Source of the DNA: Bugula neritina
Taxonomy: Eukaryota > Animalia > Bryozoa
Direction: 5' to 3'
Length of the DNA: 64,000 nucleotides
NCBI GenBank assembly: GCA_964035545.1
Contig: OZ037768.1
Span: forward strand, 11,936,741-12,000,740
This document shows positions 12,816 through 24,975 of the stretch, in pieces. The translations under genes were made by a program, and so were the position numbers. Within the stretch, counting starts at the first letter, position 1. The number at the start of each line of letters is the position of its first letter. Under the pieces are notes generated by a model, which was not told the DNA's origin, did not search any database, and was given only the letters and a program-made list of their open reading frames with translations.

Positions 12816-15448
12816 ATATTATTGTTATGTCAACCAAGAATCATTGCCATTGAGATAATCCTAATATCAAATACATATATATGAGTAATTAATTAATGCT
12901 AATCGTTATCATGATTATGTTGATGTGTTTTTGGCTATTTATCAATATAAATATAATGACCCTTTTCTATGTCCCCTACACCCAGTTATGACCTCCAGTT
13001 ATGCCCATCCTGACAGTACATCCTATAACCTAATTATTGAAAAATGTTAAAAATGCCAGCATTTGGCTGTTACATAAAATAAAAAATATGCTATAACAGT
13101 TTTCTTCCAAGAAACAAATATGTAAACAGTAGCATACATCTTAGTACTTCAACAAATTTTGTAAATAATTTCTCCATTAAAAAATTTGGAAAATTCCAGT
13201 TTGAAGTAATTTTGTGGCTTTTGTTGTCATTGAGTAATGCTGCAGTAAATTGATTGACTGTGACATAAGCTTCCTTAATTAGTTTTGGACTGTCACCAGT
13301 TCAATCAAACAACTTCAACTATTTATTAGAGCTTAGAGAGCTGTAGTCACCTACTAGTCCAATGGGCTACATATTTGATGAAGGATATTACGAGTTGTGC
13401 AGTAGGGATGTACTTGGTGAAAAAATTGGCTATTGGCAATTTGAAGTGTTTAGATATTATATAGACTTTGACTACAAAATATAGTTTCATGTACATTTAC
13501 GATTAGGAAAACCCTCGATCACTAAAACCTTCTATAAATTGAAATGATTGTCAGCAAAATGTGCTAAATAAGTGTTGAAGTAGGCTACTTCATAATTTTT
13601 CACCCAAGACTTTCACAAAATATACATTTTACTTGAAACTAAAACACTCAACTAGCACCAACATATAGTACTAGATTTCAAGACTATTGAGGTATATAAA
13701 ACACACATACCTATGCACACAGTTAAATACAATGCTTGCACTCAGTAGAAAGTAGTTAACATTTGGTGATTATGGTGACAGTTTCTTTACTTGTTTTAGT
13801 GTAATTGTCAAAAGTATAACGTTACATATAGATATTTTTTTTAAAAATAAGACAAATTATGAAAAAAAAACTTTTATCAATAAAGTCTAAAAATTTTAGA
13901 TTAACCTTGCATGCAAAAATCTAAAAAATAAAAGAATAATTAAATGCCATTAAAAGTAATATCCTGGCCGCAACTGCACATTGTTACTAAGTTAAAAGAT
14001 GTGCTGTCATAATTAGCACAACTCTTAATTCAAATTGAGTGTTATGAACATGAGAAAAAAAGGCTAAAGTTAGCTTAATATTATCAACTGTTAGTGGCTA
14101 ATACCTCAATTATTCAGTTTTGGTAAACCTAATAAACTCTTGAAAAACTTCTTTATATTAACTTTTTTTAGGGATATTGAAATACTACAAAAGGTCGTAA
14201 TAGATCTAAATCTTATGGTTTTAACAGTGTATTTTTTAAAAAAAATTATTTAGTTTAAGCATTTTATTGTGTAAAATGAAGCATTCACTATGCTGACTCA
14301 ATTCAAAAATGACCTTATTCGCATTGTGTTTTAATATTTTGTTGAGAATGAAATTGGGACTGTCTTTACTAGATTTTTCAGTTTTTTTCAAATCTTCGTG
14401 TATTTTTGCTATGCCTAAAAACAGGTTCAGTGCAGTTTTGAACTTTTGCCTATACAAGCACTGAGTAATAACTGTACTATGCAACTAATTGTAAGTTGTT
14501 ACTAAATCCTTTTTACTAAAGGGCTTGTTTTACCATTCTCATTTTAAACTTATTAAACTTTTCAAAGCCTTACTAAATATAACTTTTATCAACTGATTAG
14601 AAAAACAGCAGCAAGAAACTGCCAATATAGAAGTGTGAAAGAAGTTAATCATAATAATGTAACTAGATTACTCTGTAAATTAAATCAATTATTGGTTATT
14701 GACCTTGTCTCAATTTATGAGGTACATTTCATTATTCTAATGAAACTCTTTTCAGTCCTACACCTGGTTACTATGTAATAAATAAGTCAAGTGGCTGATG
14801 GCTGATGGAGCAGTAGTAGTTACCAGACAGTTTTGTTTATTATTTAGTTACCTATTGATTAATTTCTATGCAGCATTATATAACCCCAAACTGCTTTAGA
14901 TCAATAGAAATCTGTCTTGACTACGTAGAAATATTTGAAGATATACAAATATGTACAAAATATACTTTAGCTTAGCTTATTATTATTATTTAGTCATTTG
15001 GAGGTGCTTTGCCTCATCCTAGATTTTTGCTTATTTAAGCAGTCACTGTTGTAGTTAAAATTATAATAATTTATAAACTTGTCAGATGATGAACAGCATT
15101 TAGGTTTAACTACTTCAGTTTGAAGAGCTGTAATTTTATCTGATAGGCCTTGAAAGTTAAACAATATAGAATATAACAGATGATTCCAGTGATTAGAATA
15201 TCAACTTGTGACTCAAAGCTTAGGTTTAAAGCAAACTGTTTCACTTTTAAAGCTGTATTTATAGTTTGCAATGCTACAAATAGCAACTGCAAGTATTCAC
15301 TAGAGCTGATGCTCTCCCCAAAAGCTTCAAATCTGTGTACCTGTTTTCTAGATTTACCAGCTGCTACTTAGTGCAGTAGTGTGTATTATACATGACCTAT
15401 AAATACAATTGTTAATTAAGTATGAGATGTTGTATTAATAGATCCATC

Positions 15449-18400
15449 ATGACTAACCCTACTACATCTCCCAGGACTGTTTCTGGAGAACTACAAAATA
15501 AGGTAATGTCTTGCTTACGTTACTTTACAATATTCTATCCTCTATGAATACATGGCAGTAGTGGAAAATTTTCAATGGCTTAAGTTTTTAATTATCTTTG
15601 AACAATTTGGTTTGGGGCACAAATTGAAATTCTCACAAAAGCATAACTTCTTTTGCTAAATTTTCTCCTATAAACACAGGCTTTTCTAGGTTTATCTATT
15701 ACATTTTAGCTTTACTATCACCTTTTGTCACAATACTTGTTATATAACCTAAGCCTGTTTATTTTTTCACCTTCATAGAGTAGCATTGTAATTTATAGCC
15801 AATGGTGTCTACTGTAATGTTACGTAATCAATATATTATTAACATAAACATAAGTGCCAGCTTCACACTGATGTATAGAACTTTATTTGAGTCTCATTGC
15901 TAGGAGTAGTCTAGTTAGGGTAAGTTGGGAACCTTACTTGCCGTATAATTATATTGCCAATGTTGAATGCAATAAAACCATTCACGTTGTGAATTTCACA
16001 ACATTTTATGTTAAACAATCATGCTCATCACAACTTCACTAAATACAATCAATTAAACCAAGCAGAAGATCAGTTAGGTTTTGTAAATTCTGACAACGCA
16101 AATCATAAAGAGAGAGATATTTACTGGCAGGCATGCAGGTTAGTATATGTATATATTGGGTTCATATGAATATCCTATCATTACCTGTTTGGTTGTTATT
16201 ATGCTTTCGCGTTCAGAAATAATTAAGATTAGGTTAATACATTTAGCTTTCTACAAATTTTCAGACTGATTAATACTAAATACTTAATATACACTTTTCT
16301 TCATTGCTGGTAATAAGACATAGGGTAACTTAACTGGCGTTCAGCTACAGAACAAAGAGGAGATAGGTGAGAATAGGTGAGAAAAAAAGAATAACTCAAG
16401 TCTTAACTGGTTTGATGACCAGTAAAGTTCAAAGTTTTATATAATAAAACAATATAAATTGTTCTTAAGCTCTAAAGTTTACAACTCGTGTATCTGTTAT
16501 ATCTATTAGTATTTCAATACAAATCAGCAGTCTAATTGCTACTGACTGACACCACCCATTACCTCTGTAACAAAACAACAATTAGAGCAGTAGAAGTTAC
16601 TGCTTATGGCTGGGGCTGGTTAGGGATGGGCCGTTGCAACAATGTAATTTCAGTGTAGGGATACAGTAGTCTTTTTTAAATTAAAATTTACGTATGAAAA
16701 TATGCAGATATTTAGGTTTCATTTTAAAATCTCAGCAGATATTTTATTACCTCTAAGCTAAGTATGGGTTTATTAAATCTTAACCCACTATGAGCAAATA
16801 ATTTGGAAGCATAAAACATGAATCTACTCATCTCTAGGCATAAGACTATTCTATGACTATACAGCTATAATAATGATAACACGCTTAAGTTATAATATTA
16901 TTATAATTTTGTGGAGTTGCTGCTAATACATACTCCTGTTTGCCTGTAACCTCAGCAGGCTCCTGCAGCTGTATTCCACTTAACATAACTTACTCTGCAA
17001 TGGAGGTAGCAAAAGTTGTAAGTTAGATATTACTCTATATTCTGATGCTTCATGCATCCATTCCTTCATTCCCTCTAACAGATTATTTGTTGAAACTTAG
17101 GGGCTACGTGTTATTGCTATGGTTCTTATAAGGTAGAATGCTAACTGTATAGTAGCCATGTGATCATGCTATCAAGGGTAAATGTCAAGGTTATTTCACT
17201 TTTCTGTATTTCATCATAGGCAGAGCATAGAAAGTTTTACTACTGTGGGGAGCATGTGATACTGACAAGTAAAGCAGGTTGTTCAGTATTAGACGAGGCC
17301 AAGCAACTCCTTGCTAACAAGTTTGTTGGAAAACCGTTGACTCAGAAGTGCCAAGCAGTTGGAGATGGACAGGTGAGCCTGTAATCCTGTATAGCTATTG
17401 ATTTGTTGAAACGGCTTGAAAAGACCTGTTTACAAGCTGTTTTACACCACTGGTTTCCAAAACTGTTGAGCAAGTTAAAAAAACAGACAATTTTCAACTG
17501 GCAACATACTCCTATTGGCTAGACATTGTAGAACTTGGAAATAAGCACATTCTCAAGAAAGGCTGTAAATGTAGCTTAACGTTCTTTATTGAATATACAA
17601 TCCTTTGTCAGCCAGGAAACATCTCAATGTGTGTGTCTGTTTTTGATGCTGATATCAATTGTAAGGTACTTAAAGTAGTTTTGTTGTAACTTATAATAAC
17701 TTTATTCACCTAAACACTAAACACTGACTTGAAACTGGCAACATTCGTGGAACAGCCTTATTACATAACTGCAGTCTGATTGACTGCCATTGAATTACTA
17801 CAATACAATGTACACATTTTGATGCAGCATTACATAATAACAAATTAGTCTTATTGTTAAATAACCACTGCCATGAACACCACATCAACCATGTTTTTAT
17901 GTCTAAATATTGACCAGCCTTGAGTAAGTAGTATACACTGCATTTCCATTACTTCTGCGAATGGATGCTCTTACTTATAGATGAATTTGGAGAATTGGTT
18001 TGCATAAGCTTAGGGTTGTGGTTTCATTCGATACAACTGTTTCCAAACATCGAATGAAAAATTCATTCAAAAAGTTCATAAGCTTAGAAACCTAGTGATA
18101 AGGTCTACCATTTTAATATTGCCTTTTTTCTGTTGCAGAGGCCACAGCATATGATCGTCATGTTTGCTCAAAATAGAATTATCATCACAGGTAGGAAATA
18201 TTTTCATCAACCATGTAGCACATGGTAAGAGTTATTGCAGCAGTTTATTAAAACTTGAGTTTAAAAAAAGTTTCAAATTTTTTAAAATTAAATTTCGCTA
18301 GTATGGTACCAGTGATACATAACTAGTCTACAATATATATTTGGTACTAAAATTTAGCAGTGTTGTATTTCTCTGAACAATGTTTGCATGTGCCTGCTTT

Positions 18401-21400
18401 AGTATAGACATGCACCTAGTGCCATATGTTGCCGGTAAAAAGTCTAGTGATATGGTTAGTCATATGTTGCAGGTAAAAGTCTAGTGATATGGTTAGTCTT
18501 ATGTTGCAGGTAAAAAGTCTAGTGATATGGTTAGTCATATGTTGCAGGTAAAAGTCTAGTGATATGGTTAGTCTTATGTTGCAGGTAAAAAGTCTAGTGA
18601 TATGGTTAGTCATATGTTGCAGGTAAAAAGTCTAGTGATATGGTTAGTCATATGTTGCAGGTAAAAAGTCTAGTGATATGGTTAGTCTTATGTTGCAGGT
18701 AAAAAGTCTAGTGATATGGTTAGTCATATGTTGCAGGTAAAAAGTCTAGTGATATGGTTAGTCTTATGTTGCAGGTAAAAAGTCTAGTGATATGGTTAGT
18801 CAAGTGTATGAGTTGCTCAATTCCTACTTCAACTCTGGCTGTCAGTCTATCCTATCTGCTGGTAACAACAGACCTTCTAATGGAGCATCTCGCAGTCCTG
18901 TAAGTCAGCTGTCAGTGTGATATATAGTTGACTGAATATAAGCCAGGTGTGGTTTTTTTACAGCAGTTTCGGCAGCTACAATTTTAAGCAATAACGGCAC
19001 AAGTAACAATGGCACAAATGGCACTGGTAATAATGGCACAAATGGAAAAGTAGGTAAAAATGGCACACTGGTGTTGAGTCTTTCCAACCCCCAAACCCAA
19101 ACCCCCACCCTTAAACCCCAAATCTAAACCCCCATTCCAAGCTCCCAACCCCTAATATTGAAAATGTGCCTTTTTTACCTACTTTGCCATATGTGCCATT
19201 ATTACCTGTGCTATTTTTACTGGACACCGACAGCTGCAGGTTTATTCCACAGTTTTAATCATTGAAATATAATTCCCGTGGAATGGCCAAGTTCATTTTT
19301 TCATAGTTCAGCCATCTTCGATTTAGCCACACCTACTTTCTAATGCAAAGGCAATGGTGATTGCTATTTTTTACAATAATGTTAAACCCTGCCAGGTCAT
19401 CACACAACTAAATAATACGAATTATTTTTTTCTGATGATGATGGTTTTTTCAAAACATAGAAAACATAGAGTGGTAGTTATAAAAACTATTTTACTTTGA
19501 AAAAAGTGTATATTATGTAAAAACCTAATATATAATGGAATATAATGTAAGTAATGTAAGTTTTAATTCAGTGGTTTTAATAGCATTTGAAATCTGGATA
19601 TTTGTATTACCACTTTCCTTGTATTGATCTTAGTCTTTTATAGCCAGCTTGATTTTAGGTGAAAATAGCGCCAGTAAATATGGCAAACTGATGTTAAATT
19701 TTCCCAACCCCCCCCAACCCTTAAACGCCAAACCCCAACTCCCACCCCAAACCCTAATATTGAAAATGTGCCCTTTGCCACTTGTGCCATTATTACTTGC
19801 ATGTGCCATTTTTACCTGCAATGCAAACACCTTTACACTAAATTACTTTGATTTGGGTTTTTGTAGTTGCCTCCTCTTTTTATTAGATTATGCACATTTA
19901 TGTCACAGCTCTATTTGTTGACAAGACTACATTTTGTATTGAAATAGCTGCATGTAGTATGAATTTCATATGTTTCAACAACTTCCTGTAATCTTGTACA
20001 TGTTTAAAATTATGTTAAATAAGTTATTTTACTGCTGAAAGTTAAGAATCATAATTAATCAACACAAGTACTACTGATCATAGTGATAGCACAGTTGTAT
20101 TATATTATTTATTGGTAGTGTATGTATCCCAAAAGATGCAAGGTTTTACAGGCAGCCTGCTTTTTCTCCTTTGTTGTGTAAACTTCTCAGCTCAGATTAA
20201 TTTTCTATGAATTGAATTGAGTTTAGACTAGGCAAAAGGGCTGGCTCAAACTTCAGAAGTTCAAACATTATGTAATGGTGCCAAAGAGTATTTATGAAAT
20301 AAAATCAAAGACCATGTCTATTTATATCTTATACTTTTCTGGTGTTTGTCACATTTATTGTCTAATAACCAGCTTGTTCAACAGGAAAACTATATTGACA
20401 AGAATGATCTAGAAAAATCTATTCCTGAAATAAAGATTGCTGAAACATCTCTGGGTATGCGTGCACAAACTGATCATTGGGATAGCAATTGTGACAGTGA
20501 GTACACGCAGCTACATGCTATAATATCTGTCACAAATGCTAATACTGACTCTTCATCTGTTTGTATTACCACCCAATTCATTTTGACTACATGCTTACTG
20601 AAAACAATATTTACAAGCTCCTAGCATCCCATTAGTGATTAGGTGCATTTGACACACCCAGCTGGTTAGTGAGGAGAATCACTACTTGCTAACAGGGTTG
20701 GGGTCAATTACATGTGAATGTAATTAATTACAATTACATGAAAATTTGTCAATTACAATTGTAATTACAGTCAAATAGTAATGTAATTAATTACAATTAC
20801 AATTACTTTAGAGATAAATAGAAGTTATGCAATTTCACTTCTAGGGTCCAACTAGCAGGGGCAATTTTGACAGTGGTGAACCTCCTTTGTTCTCAACAGT
20901 GATACTATACCTCATTGACTGAATCTGAATTTGTTATTTAACAGTAGGCATGGTAGGAAAAGTATGAAATTTTTAGGATTTTAAAGTTTGAAGTAATTGA
21001 CATGTAATTATAAAGTAGTTGTAAAAATCAATTACATTAGATATGTGATTAATTACAATTATTACAATTACATTTTTATACATCAATTACAAATTATATT
21101 TAATTACTTGAAAAAATGTAAATAATTACAACCAATTACAATTACCCCAACCCTGCTTGCTAATGCTTGTCATTAATAAGTTCCCTACTTATTGATAAGG
21201 CGATATACTGTCCAATTGGTAACCTAGTTTAATAGGAACCATTGACACTAAATAAAGTGACAAAACTAGTGTATATTCCAGTCTCACACGACATCTCTGC
21301 TGCCTTTTCAGCCATATAACATTTTCCCCCACATGTCTATCCTCAAAACAGTTCTTTGGTTTACTGGTTGGACAATTGAATTGTTTTGTATGAAGTAGTT

Positions 21401-24400
21401 GAGTAATTAATTAATTTTATTCAGCATCAACTTGCAATCTAGAATTTCGAATTATTCAGCAGATTTATTTCTTACTTGGAACTCTCAGTTTATATGTATT
21501 TTAATGACAGGCTTTGCGGTAACTGGCTCTAAAGAACAGAAAAGACTTGGACTAAATAGTCAGCCTCTGTTTTCTAAAGCTGTGAGTTATATTCGTAATA
21601 ATTATGAATAGGTTCAACATTATTTCATAATTTGTACGAGTAAAACTGCTGTATTTGTGCTTTGCTGCCAATGATAGTCACTTTTGTATGCAAGAATATG
21701 AAAGTCAATACATTCTTAAACATATCAATGATTCTGGAAAAATCTTTTAGGCATATCTTTTATACATTATAATTGCATATGTATAGATCTGAAAATTCTA
21801 AGAAGTATTTATGAAGCTAGAGCACTAATTCTCTTTTATGAACCAATAACTGCCCCTTCTTTTATCATTGTATTTTTTGCACAGTCGCTCTCACATAATA
21901 TCCATATTTCCAGTCAGATGTAAGCCCTAAGCAGTTGACATCACTGACAATACAGTAGCTACTGCTTTTGTGATAATGAGATAATGTCATCAGAGAAAAT
22001 TGGGATAGTCTTACATATTTGTAGTCAAAAAAAAACTAGTATTTGTTATTTTCTAGTAGTTGCTGGTAAAGATGTGGTTTGCTAGATGTGTATCACCCTT
22101 CTATAATAAAGCAGTTATTTCTGAAATGCACAATGTTTCTATGTTAAGTGAATTACCTAAATATAAAGTTTACTAATGCTAAGTGACAGAAAGTTAATCT
22201 TCCAAATATATTTGCGTTGATTTAGCTCAATCATGGGAAACTATGTGAAACTATAGCTGTATAGTGCGGAGAACCCATGTGATAAGGCTAAGTTTCTGAC
22301 TGCTATATAAATTTGTTACACTGCTGCACTTAAAGTATGCATCATGTATAGCGAAGTGCTTTTATTTACAACTTTCCAGATAACTGAGCTGAGAAAAAGG
22401 TCTAAATCAAATGAACGTAAAAGAATTCAAAGATCTCCTCCATCCAAGTCAAGTCCAGTTGTGTCTGAAATGACGAGTGAAATGAACCTCGCTGACAACA
22501 GCATTATAGAAGTTGGAAATCCCATACCTGCTAGTGAGAGTAAAAGTGTTGAACCACTGATTTATGGCAGTAATCCAACTACCAATGTTTTGTCAAAGAG
22601 TCAAGATGCAGAAGAGATGAGTTTGGAGTCGTCTGTCAACAGCAACACAATTCTCAGCAATGAGAAGTTGTCTTTTCTAAAAGTCGGTGAAGTTGATCCA
22701 AATGCAAAAAAGATTGAGTCATGTGACAAGGCTACGAATGCTGTGAGTGAAGACAAATCTACACAGAGTCTTGAAGGTAATTTTGAAGTTGAGTTCTACT
22801 ATTATTTTCTAATCTGACAGAAAGCGCTACGGTATTTTCTGATAGAACCGTCATGATTTGTTTGCCTAATTTTTTGCATCTTGCAAAATTTGCGTTGATC
22901 ATTTTAAAAATATTTGTAATGAAACATATTAGTTTATTTAATTTGAAAATTAATGGCTTTTATTATTTGATTAATTGTTATTCCCAAACATTATTTAAAA
23001 TTTTTTTATTTGATGCCTGTGTGTTTATTTTTTCAATACCCCACATTATATCATTTAATTTTGATATTGAGTTTTTGCCTGAAGTAGATTTTCAACATTA
23101 CTTGATGGGACAGTTTAGCTTTTTTATAACCTTAATGTAATTGTAACTTTATGCTCTTGTTGAGGAGGGGCAATACAACCCTTATAATTACTGCAAAACT
23201 CATTTTAAGAAGGCTGCGGGTTTTATTTAAAGCACAATGGTATTTGCTTTATATCCATATATTTTGTATTGGGTCCCTGCTATTACTAGCTACTAATTAT
23301 CACATCTCAGCAGATCACTTGCTTGCAGGTGCTCCAATACAGTACGAGAGGGATGTCATCCTTCACTTGTCCCTTAGTAGTTTTGCTCTCATGTACCCTC
23401 ACCATCTCATTGTTACCACAGACTGTGAGATTTTAGTTTCACCATCCGTAAGTATTGCCGAAGTCGTAGATTATATTTCTCTATGCAAGTATATATATAA
23501 ACCAAGCACACACGCACACTCAAGAGATATGTGTATGTGTGGTTCATACATTGGTATTACTGACAACTTGTGAATATATGTATATTTTGGACAAGAAAAA
23601 AGCTTTATTTTCATAATAAAATAATTTTTTGAAACTTGTTGGCCATTTTCATATATTGAAGCTCTTTTTAAAAAAGCTCAAGGTAAGTTGACATAAGTCC
23701 CTCTGTGTTTCAGAATATGGTAGCACCATTTGATCCTTCGAAGCACAGATTGCCCGAAACTGACTTGGCAATGTCAAATGTCTTTTCTGCACACAACACA
23801 TACTCAGGTGGTAGCAGGAAGGGTGATAGCGAATGTCAACCTGTACAAAGACACTTTTCTTATACTTCTGATCCGTACGTCACATAGTATTGACTCTGGC
23901 ATTTCTCATCACTAGTTCAAGTTTTATTCTATATTTTGAAGTCTTTTATTTACTTGGATTATATACAGTATCTGAAACATGGTATCTTAGTTTGAGCTAC
24001 AGAATGTTGTAATATCTTTTAATAGGTGGTCATGGGGAGACTCGTCTGGTAATACAAGATATCGCAAGTATCCTTCAGGTAGTTTCTGTATGCTTGTTTT
24101 GTCAACTGTTTCTAAAGGCCTGAACACACCTGATTATAGTTATTAAATTAAGTTGAAGTTGAATTGAAAAAATGTTGCCAAATGGAAATAAATAATTATC
24201 AAATACATTACAGATAAATTTCCCAATTGCTGTCGGTATTTTCAAAGAAATTTTGAGCAATTTTTGATGCTTTTTGCTACGTGTGTTTTACTTTAATGCA
24301 ACTTTGAATGAGTTTTCTGAAATAAATGCAAAGTAGTGTAATACTTGGATGGGAAGATACTGATTTTTATCACTGGAGAAAGTTTAAAACAATTAGATAT

Positions 24401-24975
24401 ATGTAAAATCTAATAATAATAATGTTTAATGTACGTTTAGTCTTAGTTTAAACAATGTTATTACTACCAGCTTAGACAACTAATTAGTATTATGTATTTC
24501 TATATATCTGGAAGTCTCTTGTCTACTTATTTTAACTAGTACTAAACTACCTTTATCCTGCTTAGAGATATTATATAAGCTTTGAAGTTAAGTTATTCTT
24601 AGATGCTATTGGTGGTAGGCATTTTATAATTGTGTATATAACCACATCTCCAAAAGCATAAGATACAGCTGGCCACCTTACATATTTTTAAGTTATAAAA
24701 TCAATAAAAAGTATGACAGCTTGTTATTTTTCTACCGCGTGGTAATGTTTGTTGCTGTAACTGTAGTGCCAGCTGATGTATTGTATTCCGAGAGTGCGTA
24801 TAACTGTATGACACCAGCTCCAGAAAGTGCCACATTCTGTACAGAACTAGATGCTGTCTTCAAAAACCGATCAAAAGTTGTGCCTGGCGTTACATTTACC
24901 AAACGACCTCGTGAATCTTTGAATAGTGAACACATCCGTGAACTGTTAGAATATTATGAGCCTCAGGGAAAATAA
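15449..24975 (+). CDS. Mextli-like eIF4E-binding protein; exons 15442/15449-15502 (tentative), 17220-17372, 18139-18190, 21511-21581, 22380-22776, 23329-23447, 23714-23874, 24026-24078, 24767-24975
   Basis: Nine exons join in phase with GT-AG junctions; IQYERDVILHLSLSSFALMYP...EILVS...PFDPSKH resembles the Mextli eIF4E-binding region as I recall it, and EHRKFYYCGEHVILTSKAGCSVLDEAKQLLANKF resembles the conserved Mextli domain preceding it; 5' end unresolved. Confidence 0.65.
18416..18802. repeat. 37-38-bp minisatellite, ~10 copies (CTAGTGATATGGTTAGTCWTATGTTGCAGGTAAAA(A)GT), intronic
   Basis: Near-identical head-to-tail units with no unique spacers. Confidence 0.97.
18980..19228 (-). mobile_element. 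MULE-like element, copy 2
   Basis: Reverse-complement homolog of 12509-12815, ending GGACACC; 9-bp flanks ggcagctac/gacagctgc (7/9). Confidence 0.75.
19651..19831 (-). mobile_element. MULE-like element, copy 3 (shorter, more degenerate)
   Basis: Begins GATTTTAGGT, C-rich core, CCCTAATATTGAAAATGTGCC and GTGCCATT repeats shared with copies 1-2; no recognisable TSD. Confidence 0.7.
20693..21155. mobile_element. Non-autonomous hAT-type MITE (463 bp), intronic
   Basis: TIRs CAGGGTTGGGGT...ACCCCAACCCTG, perfect 8-bp TSD CTTGCTAA (20685-20692, 21156-21163), dense subterminal GTAATT/AATTAC repeats. Confidence 0.92.

Noticed and set aside
18416-18802. CRISPR-like array of 37-38-bp repeats
   Set aside because: Units are contiguous with no unique spacers, there are no cas genes, and the context is a eukaryotic intron
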